Part shown: in pieces, positions 8,265 through 15,162 of the stretch
Layout: every line of letters starts with the position of its first letter
Numbering within the stretch: the first letter of the stretch is position 1
Origin: a virus
Lineage: Duplodnaviria; Caudoviricetes
DNA: 30,031 bases
Virus record (IMG/VR): IMGVR_UViG_3300011337_000299
Span: 1-30,031 of that record
Strand: one strand, 5' to 3'
Notes under the pieces: generated by a model
What the model was told of the DNA's origin: nothing
What the model saw: only the letters and a program-made list of their open reading frames with translations
The model's database searches: none
Position numbers and translations under genes: made by a program

Positions 8265-8620
8265 ATCCAGAACAACAACGCATTGCTATCGCGGAAGCGT
8301 GTGGGTGGAAGAACGCTGATCATCCCGATGTAATAAAGTTAAAGCATGGATGGACCATGCCAGAGAAATGGTGCATGGACCCAAAAGGGGTTTTGCGATT
8401 CAACCATGATAGGCCAAACTACCTCCACGACCTCAACGCTATGCATGATGCGGAGAAGGTGCTTCCACGCCACCTCTATCATGTAGACTACTGGCAGAAA
8501 GGTTACGGTCGGTTTCAGATGGTCCTTTCTGAACTGACTATAACGCCATATTCCGCCACCGTATCCCAACGCGCCGAGGCTTTCCTGCGGACGATTGGCA
8601 AATGGGATGAATCGAAATGA
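8261..8620 (+). CDS. Hypothetical phage protein, possibly phage ABA-sandwich-like (119 aa)
   Basis: IAIAEACGW...PNYLHDLNAMHDAEK...QRAEAFLRT pattern; coupled overlaps; fold call is tentative. Confidence 0.6.
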   Translation: MNPEQQRIAIAEACGWKNADHPDVIKLKHGWTMPEKWCMDPKGVLRFNHDRPNYLHDLNAMHDAEKVLPRHLYHVDYWQKGYGRFQMVLSELTITPYSATVSQRAEAFLRTIGKWDESK

Positions 8621-8850
8621 ACCATCTTGGTGACAGCAACAAAATGGTCGATACATTGAGGACGGAAACTTATGTTTTGAACCCATTGCCGCAGGTGGTT
8701 TCAGCGGAGTGGGCAAGACAACTAGAACGCGAACTCAACGCAGCGAACGAACGCATCAAGCGGCTGGAGGAGGCTGGCGATGCGATGGCTGACAACTTTA
8801 ATCCATGGACGTTCATCCACTGGCACAAAGCCAAGGAGGCCAAGCCGTGA
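8617..8850 (+). CDS. Small coiled-coil protein, RIKRLEE family member 1
   Basis: ARQLERELNAANERIKRLEEAGD...WHKAKEAKP. Confidence 0.7.
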   Translation: MNHLGDSNKMVDTLRTETYVLNPLPQVVSAEWARQLERELNAANERIKRLEEAGDAMADNFNPWTFIHWHKAKEAKP

Positions 8851-9083
8851 GCCACCTAGTCGATGCACACGTTGCATACATCAAAACGATCAGCGATTTG
8901 AATCAGGACAAAGCTGAGCTTCTTGAACGCATCAAGCGGCTTGAGAACAACATTGAGAAACTGAAAGACGCAGGAGACTTGGTTTTCATCTGGCTGCTTT
9001 ACAATCGAAGTCACATCGGCGGATTGGATGTGGATTCCGCATTGCGTGAATGGAAACAGGCCAAGAAGGAGGCCAAGCCGTGA
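8847..9083 (+). CDS. Small coiled-coil protein, RIKRLEE family member 2
   Basis: GTG start after AGGAGG; ERIKRLENNIEKLKDAGD...WKQAKKEAKP. Confidence 0.7.
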   Translation: MSHLVDAHVAYIKTISDLNQDKAELLERIKRLENNIEKLKDAGDLVFIWLLYNRSHIGGLDVDSALREWKQAKKEAKP

Positions 9084-9418
9084 GCGACAAAACACTAATC
9101 GAATGGAACGCTGATGTCGGAACTCGGTTCCTCACAATCCATCCAGACGGATCGTTCGACATCGACAAGGACGCGCCACCGCTGTTTGTGATTGGAGAAC
9201 TATCGAAAGCGTTCATCCGGCAGCAAGACCGCATCAAGCGGCTGGAGGAGTTCGTTGACCAACTAACAAATCCAAAGTTCACCCGCGACGACCTTCCTAA
9301 AGAAGCATTGCTTCAGCGCATCAAGCGGCTGGAGGAGGCGGGTGACAGAATGCGATTATATTGCGCTGATCCTGACGACTGCTTCGCTTGGGATAAGGCT
9401 AAAAAGAACAACTTGTGA
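9080..9418 (+). CDS. Small coiled-coil protein, RIKRLEE family member 3 (two motif copies)
   Basis: GTG start after AGGAGG; DRIKRLEEF and QRIKRLEEAGD...WDKAKK. Confidence 0.7.
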   Translation: MSDKTLIEWNADVGTRFLTIHPDGSFDIDKDAPPLFVIGELSKAFIRQQDRIKRLEEFVDQLTNPKFTRDDLPKEALLQRIKRLEEAGDRMRLYCADPDDCFAWDKAKKNNL

Positions 9419-9636
9419 AACCACCCACACCAATGTGCGATGCTGTCGCATTTACCATCAACCGAGATGAGGTAGTACACATCTACCCTGCCAACGAGGT
9501 TGTATCGGCTCAGTTTGCTAGAGGGCTGGAAGCAGGTCTGGCCGAGGCCATGAAGCAGATCGAGGAACTTCGAGCTCAGAAGCGAGAGATCATGGCATGC
9601 CTAGAACTCATGCAACGTCTGAAAGTTAAACCATGA
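9415..9636 (+). CDS. Small coiled-coil protein (PTPMCDA...VVSAQFARGLE)
   Basis: Shares VVSA..AR.LE..L module with 8617..8850; coupled overlaps. Confidence 0.65.
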   Translation: MKPPTPMCDAVAFTINRDEVVHIYPANEVVSAQFARGLEAGLAEAMKQIEELRAQKREIMACLELMQRLKVKP

Positions 9637-9848
9637 CCATCGAAGAAATGCGGACCATAGACGCCGTAAAAACCTGGAAGGAGTTGGAGGAGGCGAAGGA
9701 GCTGATCAAGCGGCTGGAGGACTACGGCAACGCTCTGGTTGCCCATGTCTACGCCTACCGAACCCAGAGGCAATGGACCGAGGAATCGTACCATGACCTC
9801 ATCCAGACCATCGCCGACTGGGACAAGGCAAAGGCAACCAAACCATGA
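9633..9848 (+). CDS. Small coiled-coil protein, RIKRLEE family member 4
   Basis: ELIKRLEDYGNAL...WDKAKATKP. Confidence 0.7.
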   Translation: MTIEEMRTIDAVKTWKELEEAKELIKRLEDYGNALVAHVYAYRTQRQWTEESYHDLIQTIADWDKAKATKP

Positions 9849-10036
9849 TCACCAAACTCCACGAGCTACCTCCAGACCACCCAGCCCGTAACACGGCCAT
9901 CCAGCACATCGACGTGCGAATCAAATGCCGGCACACCGGAGCCACCCGGGACCCGCGCACCTGGCGCATCAAGAACGACACCTACAACCGTTTATCAGAT
10001 ACCTGGCAGAACAACTTCGACTTTATCCTGCAATGA
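9845..10036 (+). CDS. Hypothetical protein (63 aa)
   Basis: ATGA-coupled on both sides. Confidence 0.6.
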   Translation: MITKLHELPPDHPARNTAIQHIDVRIKCRHTGATRDPRTWRIKNDTYNRLSDTWQNNFDFILQ

Positions 10037-10182
10037 AATCACCACAACAGATTCAACAAGAAGGGACAGGCATTTACCGCCTGTCAAAGAAGGACGCCGG
10101 GGAGGCCTACCGGGCTGCCCGTAAAATCAAGGTCGAGTTCACCAGCTTCTTTACTCGTAAACGCGGAAAGGCTTCTAAATGA
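10033..10182 (+). CDS. Small basic hypothetical protein (49 aa)
   Basis: ATG at 10033 overlapping the previous stop; K/R-rich C-terminus. Confidence 0.55.
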   Translation: MKSPQQIQQEGTGIYRLSKKDAGEAYRAARKIKVEFTSFFTRKRGKASK

Positions 10183-10373
10183 CCACCGACCGAGATGTGG
10201 CCAGGTGCATGATCGAATACGGAGGCAGCTTCGTTTCCAAACTAGGCGCCGCAGCATTGGCTGCCGATCCGAGCAACATGAAGAAACTCCGGGATGCCTT
10301 CCCGGACTACTGGGCAAACTACGCCAAGATGGCAGCACAGATTTCAGAGGTCGAGAAACAGGCCTCTAAGTAG
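10179..10373 (+). CDS. Hypothetical phage protein (YGGSF...AADPSN..KL..AFP.YW pattern)
   Basis: ATGA-coupled; globular-looking 64 aa. Confidence 0.65.
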   Translation: MTTDRDVARCMIEYGGSFVSKLGAAALAADPSNMKKLRDAFPDYWANYAKMAAQISEVEKQASK

Positions 10374-10402
10374 ACAACAACAACACAAACACAAAGCAAC
10401 AG

Positions 10403-11128
10403 ATGGGAATCACAGTATCAACCAAACCAAGCGGCGGGAACTTCACACCCTGCCCCGAGTACACAGGCCGCGCGGTCTGTGTCGACATCACACCACTCAA
10501 AGCCTACGAAACCGAGTACGGGATCAAACAGAAGTTCAAGATCGCATTCGAGTTGGATCTAATCGACAGCAGCCGCAACCCGGCGCAGCCCTGGGTGGTA
10601 ATGACAGCCCCGATGACCGCCAGTCTGCACGAGAAGGCCGGCCTGACCAAGTTCCTCAAGGACTGGCATGGTCGAGCCCTCACCGCCGAGGAGACCGTTA
10701 GCCTCAACCTGGATGGCCTGATCGGCAGGCCGGCCACCGTGGTGATCGTTCACGAGCAGTCGAGGGACGGCACCAAGACCTTCAGCAACATCAAGCTGAT
10801 CATGCCACACAAGAGCGGTGAGCCCCTCAAGCCGTCGGGCCTGTGGGTACGCCTGGAAGACAGGCCGCCCCGGGAGGATGACAAGGTAAAGACTGCGGCG
10901 CCGGTGAAGCCTACCGACATCAAGGTGCACGTCGGCAAGTTCAGAGGCACTCCGCTGTCGGAGCTGACCGACGACGCCGTGCGCGGCCTGGCCGAGCATT
11001 GGCTGCCGAAGGCCAAGGTCTCCAGCGGTAAGACGCCCGAAGACATCGCCCTGATTGCCGCTGTTACCAAGCGCCTCGAGGAGCTGGCTAAGGCCGACGA
11101 GCCCGACTTTGACGACGTGCCCTTCTAA
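10403..11128 (+). CDS. SSB-like/replication accessory protein
   Basis: N-terminal GGNFTPCP...AVCVD, acidic aromatic tail DEPDFDDVPF typical of SSBs, internal GKFRGTPLSEL module; strong AC-rich leader. Confidence 0.65.
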   Translation: MGITVSTKPSGGNFTPCPEYTGRAVCVDITPLKAYETEYGIKQKFKIAFELDLIDSSRNPAQPWVVMTAPMTASLHEKAGLTKFLKDWHGRALTAEETVSLNLDGLIGRPATVVIVHEQSRDGTKTFSNIKLIMPHKSGEPLKPSGLWVRLEDRPPREDDKVKTAAPVKPTDIKVHVGKFRGTPLSELTDDAVRGLAEHWLPKAKVSSGKTPEDIALIAAVTKRLEELAKADEPDFDDVPF

Positions 11129-11131
11129 GCC

Positions 11132-11527
11132 ATGAAGATCCGCAAACCCACGATGAAGCTCACCCACATGGTGCCCGAGGTCGTCCGACTAAGGTCGGAG
11201 GGCTGCACCCTGGAGGAGATCGGCAAACGGTTCAACCTGAGCCGCCAACGGATCAATCAGATCGAGCAGGCAGCACAGAAGCACGAGGAGATCCTGCGGG
11301 TGTGGGGCTTTCCGTTCTCGACCAGGACGTTCAACATCCTTGAAAGCCTGGCCATCAAGAGCCGGCAGGAGGCTCTCGACCTCTACAACCTCGGCCACCT
11401 GCAGCCCAGGTCGGTGCGTGGGTTCGGGTGGGTCTCCTATCGTGAGATCTGCGAATGGCTGGGCGTGCCTACCGTAAGACAGCCAATGACCAAGACGGTG
11501 TGCCCTCATTGCGGCAAACACATTTAA
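11132..11527 (+). CDS. Transcription regulator: sigma70 region-4-like HTH fused to RNAP alpha-CTD-like domain
   Basis: TLEEIGKRFNLSRQRINQIE (sigma4 pattern); FSTRTFNILESLAI...VRGFGWVSYREICEWLG (alpha-CTD pattern); terminal CPHCG. Confidence 0.7.
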   Translation: MKIRKPTMKLTHMVPEVVRLRSEGCTLEEIGKRFNLSRQRINQIEQAAQKHEEILRVWGFPFSTRTFNILESLAIKSRQEALDLYNLGHLQPRSVRGFGWVSYREICEWLGVPTVRQPMTKTVCPHCGKHI

Positions 11528-11571
11528 CAATCTCCGGCAGCCTGTCGCTGCTGGGACTCGGGGGTAACTGG

Positions 11572-11600
11572 GGGGCGCGCATCCAGACAAACGCGCAACA
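11572..11600 (+). promoter_or_regulatory. GGGGCGCG-loop-CGCGCAACA hairpin leader motif, copy 2
   Basis: Matches 7142..7167; preceded by hairpin CCGGCAGC/GCTGCTGG at about 11534-11554. Confidence 0.55.
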
Positions 11601-11618
11601 ATCTTAACCAACAGAACA

Positions 11619-12281
11619 ATGCCAGCCAATCCAACCATCATATTCGACATCGAGACCGGGCCACTCCCGCTCAATCAACTCAACATCCCTCCGTTCAACC
11701 CGGCTGACGTGAAGCTGGGCAACGTAAAGAACCCGGACCTGATCGCCGAAAAGCTGCAGAAGGCCGAGGAGACGCACACCGCCGACTACATCAAGAACGC
11801 TGCCCTGGATGCCCTCAGCGGCCAGGTGCTGTGCATCGGCTACCGCATGGAGCACCAGGAGCCCGCGGTGCTGTGCTCCGATGCCGACGGTGAGGCAGCG
11901 CTACTGCTCCAGTTTTGGACGCTGCTCAATCATTATGAACGGCAGCCCAAACTGATCGGCTTCAACATCAAGGCCTTCGACTTGCCATTCCTGATCAAGC
12001 GGTCCTGGAAGCACAGGATCATGCCGCCGTACTGGTTGCGCCAAGGCCGCTATTGGAATGACCTGGTGGTCGATCTGCGTGAGGTATGGCAGCTAGGTGA
12101 CTCCCGGGCTCATGGCAGCCTCGGATCTATCTGCCGGCACCTGGGCCTCGGGGACAAGACGGGGACGGGCGCGGACTTTAGCCTGCTGTGGCAGACAGAC
12201 AGGCAGGCAGCGATCCACTACTGCCTGCGCGATGTGCAGCTCACCAAGCAAGTGGCCGACATCTTGATACCGGCCTATTGA
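11619..12281 (+). CDS. DnaQ/PolB-like 3'-5' exonuclease (DEDDy)
   Basis: ExoI FDIET, ExoII GFNIKAFDLPF, ExoIII YCLRDV. Confidence 0.88.
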   Translation: MPANPTIIFDIETGPLPLNQLNIPPFNPADVKLGNVKNPDLIAEKLQKAEETHTADYIKNAALDALSGQVLCIGYRMEHQEPAVLCSDADGEAALLLQFWTLLNHYERQPKLIGFNIKAFDLPFLIKRSWKHRIMPPYWLRQGRYWNDLVVDLREVWQLGDSRAHGSLGSICRHLGLGDKTGTGADFSLLWQTDRQAAIHYCLRDVQLTKQVADILIPAY

Positions 12282-12285
12282 GGGC

Positions 12286-12314
12286 TGGACACCGCCCCGG
12301 CTGTAAGCTAGGGA
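12286..12314 (+). promoter_or_regulatory. Putative promoter (TGGACA-17 bp-TAGGGA) for the leader RNA and replication operon
   Basis: 17-bp spacing, directly upstream of the structured leader; weak -10 match. Confidence 0.4.
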
Positions 12315-12319
12315 GCGGT

Positions 12320-12455
12320 CTGTCGACGTGAGCTGTGAGAGGTGAGCGTCGAAACCTTCAGAGAAACCATGATCAACCATTTTTCCCCGTCCACACCGTG
12401 CACGTCGCGTTGTTTCTCCGCGATTCCTCACCGCGGTGTGCGACGGGGTTTTCCG
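12320..12455 (+). ncRNA. Structured leader RNA, c4/CI antisense-like architecture, ending in a terminator-like stem plus U run
   Basis: Stem TCGACG/CGTCGA enclosing GTGAG repeats; long stem CCCCGTC-CACACCGTG/CGCGGTGTG-C-GACGGGG with inner TCGCG/CGCGA and unpaired CTCAC complementary to GTGAG; followed by TTTT. Confidence 0.65.
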
Positions 12456-12463
12456 TTTGATAC

Positions 12464-12676
12464 ATGAAGTACGAAATACAAAGTCAGGATTACACCGAGG
12501 TCTACGCATCAATTGATGGTTACTGCTGCATCACTCAATATTGTGTCGGAAAAGATCCTGTAACCATTAGGTTTTCAATCAGCCACATCGAAGAGCTATG
12601 TAAGATGCTCACCATGACGACCATCAAGGCTGTCGCCAACAAAAAGGGAATTATTGAATGGAGGGGTGAAAAGTGA
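12464..12676 (+). CDS. Hypothetical protein (70 aa), first gene after the leader RNA
   Basis: Lower-GC ORF, GTGA-coupled to the initiator. Confidence 0.55.
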   Translation: MKYEIQSQDYTEVYASIDGYCCITQYCVGKDPVTIRFSISHIEELCKMLTMTTIKAVANKKGIIEWRGEK

Positions 12677-13452
12677 GCAAAGAATCCAAACGTAAAGCGC
12701 CAGCATTCCAACTTTACACCGACGATTTTCTGGCCGGGACGCTTGATATGTCCCAAGCAGAGGTCGGTCAGTTAATCCGTTTGCTCTGCCACCAATGGAA
12801 CCGCGGTTCAATTCCGGTTGAAACCGAAAAGCAACAGCGGTTGGCCGGCGGTTGCGTTTCGGTTGACGTGTTGGCTAAGTTCGATGAATGCGAAGATGGG
12901 TTTCTCAGAAACAAGCGGCTGGAATCTGTAAGGACTGAAAAAGGCATTTTCCTTCAGCAACAATCTCACAAAGGTAAACTTTCCGCAGAAAAACGACGAC
13001 TTGCTGCCCTGGCTGCCCTTGCTAGCCAACCGGACACTCAACCGAATCTCAACCAAGTTTCAACCGCGGTTCAACCGGAAGGCCAACCAACACCCCAACC
13101 GGAATTCAACTCTCCATCTCCATCTCCTATTAAAGATACTAAGACACCGAAATCCGAGTGGGAGGTTGCCCATGGAGTTGAACTACCGGAACTGATCCGC
13201 ACCCAGAACTGCCTGGAAGCAGTGAAGCTCTGGCTGCAGTACAAGTCGGAGAAGCGTGAGTCCTACAAGAAGACGGGCCTGACTGCAGCACTGACCAAGT
13301 GGTCCCGTGAATTTACACCTGCCGAGTTTCCTTCGATTGTCGAACACTCGATTGCCTCGGGCTGGAAAGGACTCTACCGCCCGAATGGAGTTGCCTTGGG
13401 AGAACAGAAGACCCAGGCCAAGAAGGAACTCGATTGGAGGGACTCGATATGA
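12673..13452 (+). CDS. Phage replication initiator, DUF1376/YdaU-like
   Basis: KAPAFQLYTDDFLAGT..MS.AEVG..IRLLCHQW..GSIP N-terminus, low-complexity QP linker with SPSPSP, C-terminal W..YK...SIASGWKGL domain; directly upstream of DnaB. Confidence 0.8.
   Translation: MSKESKRKAPAFQLYTDDFLAGTLDMSQAEVGQLIRLLCHQWNRGSIPVETEKQQRLAGGCVSVDVLAKFDECEDGFLRNKRLESVRTEKGIFLQQQSHKGKLSAEKRRLAALAALASQPDTQPNLNQVSTAVQPEGQPTPQPEFNSPSPSPIKDTKTPKSEWEVAHGVELPELIRTQNCLEAVKLWLQYKSEKRESYKKTGLTAALTKWSREFTPAEFPSIVEHSIASGWKGLYRPNGVALGEQKTQAKKELDWRDSI
12799..13110. repeat. Putative replication origin: inverted iteron arrays inside the initiator gene
   Basis: CGGTT(G) at 12804, 12815, 12838, 12849, 12860; CAAC(C) at 13027, 13039, 13050, 13061, 13072, 13084, 13096, 13107 (11-12 bp period). 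Confidence 0.7.
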
Positions 13453-14744
13453 GCGATCCCTACTATCCAAAAGACGACGAGCTGGGAATGATCGGCGCCT
13501 GCCTTACCGGCACCATCGACACCTGCTCCGATGCCCTGGCAGACATCCGTAGCGAATGGATCACTCAGGACAATCTCCGGCTGACTTTCGATGCCATCCG
13601 CGGAATGGTGCAGCAGAACAGGCAGCCGACCCTCGGAGAACTCGGCAAAGAATGGAAGAAGGCCTACGGCCAACTGCCCATGCCTTTCGACCAGTGGAAC
13701 CAAGCCATGGATGCCTGCCCATCTCCGGCTAACCTGCCGTACTACCTCAAGGGCATCACCGAGTCAGCCCATCGGAGACAGCTCAGAGACGCTGGAGACC
13801 GTCTGATACGTGAGTCCGCTGTCTTGACCCTTCAACCGGATCAAATCGTCGCTAATGCCGAAGCAGGGCTCACCATTGAGGTCTCTCGTGAGAGCTTATC
13901 AACAAGCAAACAGGTTGCTGGCAACTTCATCGACCAGATGCAGGAACGGTTTAACCGAAAGGGCACGCTATCGGGTATCGCTACCGGCTTTCATTGGCTC
14001 GACGATAAGACAGACGGCCTGCAACTCCGGGAGATGGCAATCATCGCAGCCCGGCCAAGCATCGGTAAGACAGCTATCGCAATCGCCATCGCATACAAGG
14101 CAGCAGTTCAGGACAAGGTGCCGACCCTGTTTGTAAGCCTGGAGATGTCGAAGGAGGCCATCTTTCGGAGAACAGTGGCCACCATCGGTAGCGTCTCGAT
14201 GCAAAGCCTTAAGAGCGGCAACCTGACCGAGGGCGATATGAAGTCGATGATGACTGCCTCGGGCAAAATCAGCAGCAGCCCCCTATGGTTCCTCGATGGC
14301 TCGAGCAGCCATAGCATTGCAACAATCACTGCCAGCGTCAGAAGGGCCGTCAGGAAGCACCAGGTGCGTCTGGTGATAGTCGACTACCTGCAGAAGGTCA
14401 AAGGCACCGACCGCGCCGAAAAGCGAACCTACGAGGTCGCCGAGGTCTCCGGCAAACTCAAGGACATCGCAGTCCAGACGGGTGTGGCCATGCTCTGCCT
14501 GGCACAGCTCAACAGGGAAAACGAGAAAGACAAAGGCAGACAACCGCGTCTCACAGACCTGGCCGACAGTGCCCAACTGGAGCGAGATGCCGACCTGGTC
14601 ATGCTGTTAGACCGTGACAGAAAGGAGCCGAACGGCGAGGCTTCAATCATTATCGCAAAGCAAAGAGACGGCGAATGCGGCATCGTCAAGCTATACTATC
14701 AGGGCCAATACTGCCGCTTCACCGACCCATCACCCAGTTTCTAA
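13449..14744 (+). CDS. dnaB: Replicative DNA helicase, DnaB family
   Basis: Walker A AARPSIGKT, SLEMS, IVDYLQ, AQLNR, DLADSAQLERDAD, IIAKQRDG; ATGA-coupled start at 13449. Confidence 0.95.
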   Translation: MSDPYYPKDDELGMIGACLTGTIDTCSDALADIRSEWITQDNLRLTFDAIRGMVQQNRQPTLGELGKEWKKAYGQLPMPFDQWNQAMDACPSPANLPYYLKGITESAHRRQLRDAGDRLIRESAVLTLQPDQIVANAEAGLTIEVSRESLSTSKQVAGNFIDQMQERFNRKGTLSGIATGFHWLDDKTDGLQLREMAIIAARPSIGKTAIAIAIAYKAAVQDKVPTLFVSLEMSKEAIFRRTVATIGSVSMQSLKSGNLTEGDMKSMMTASGKISSSPLWFLDGSSSHSIATITASVRRAVRKHQVRLVIVDYLQKVKGTDRAEKRTYEVAEVSGKLKDIAVQTGVAMLCLAQLNRENEKDKGRQPRLTDLADSAQLERDADLVMLLDRDRKEPNGEASIIIAKQRDGECGIVKLYYQGQYCRFTDPSPSF

Positions 14745-15092
14745 ATGAAAACACAATACAGCATCAGTCAGACCCAAGTCCTGCGAGAAGCCAAGCACCT
14801 GGTGCGATTCGCCATCAAGCACGGCTGGATGTCCTACCCACGCGGCACCCAGATTGACGCCGAGGGCGATCCTATACCCAACCTGGAGCCCGAGGAGGAG
14901 ACCAGCAGCCCGATCACTCCGCAGCTGTGCAACAAAGCGTTCTTACTTAGGGAGCGAGGGATAACATTGGATAACATTGCAACAGTGTGCGGTGTTCCTC
15001 GTGGTTCTATTGCTTACATAATATCAAAGGGGCACGAGGATTATCTTTTAAGGCTAAGGAAAGATCCTAATAGCACTAAGGAATCTCTTTGA
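14745..15092 (+). CDS. Hypothetical protein with C-terminal HTH-like segment
   Basis: LRERGITLDNIATVCGVPRGSIAYII pattern; starts immediately after the DnaB stop. Confidence 0.55.
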   Translation: MKTQYSISQTQVLREAKHLVRFAIKHGWMSYPRGTQIDAEGDPIPNLEPEEETSSPITPQLCNKAFLLRERGITLDNIATVCGVPRGSIAYIISKGHEDYLLRLRKDPNSTKESL

Positions 15093-15162
15093 TAATACCC
15101 AGAAACAGGTGAACGCAAGACCCCTATCGTCCTGAGCGTGTAATGCTGTCAACAAATACCTT

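Larger units (their letters stand above)
8752..9721 (+). repeat. Dispersed coding repeat (CGC)ATCAAGCGGCT(G/T)GAG, five copies at 8752, 8928, 9230, 9317 and 9705
   Basis: 21-mer CGCATCAAGCGGCTGGAGGAG identical at 8752, 9230 and 9317; partial at 8928 and 9705. Confidence 0.9.

Noticed and set aside
8752-9721. CRISPR array or DGR explanation for the dispersed repeats
   Set aside because: Spacing is irregular (87-388 bp), repeats are in-frame coding, and no cas or reverse transcriptase gene or adenine-specific variation is present
5784-10373. Genome-wide TAG stop-codon reassignment
   Set aside because: Only one in-frame TAG found; other genes are full length in the standard code; TAG at 5786 and 10373 behave as stops; no tRNA seen
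9965-12926. Partial matches to the RIKRLEE repeat at 9965 (CGCATCAAG) and about 12912 (CAAGCGGCTGGA)
   Set aside because: Short, in unrelated protein contexts, compatible with chance
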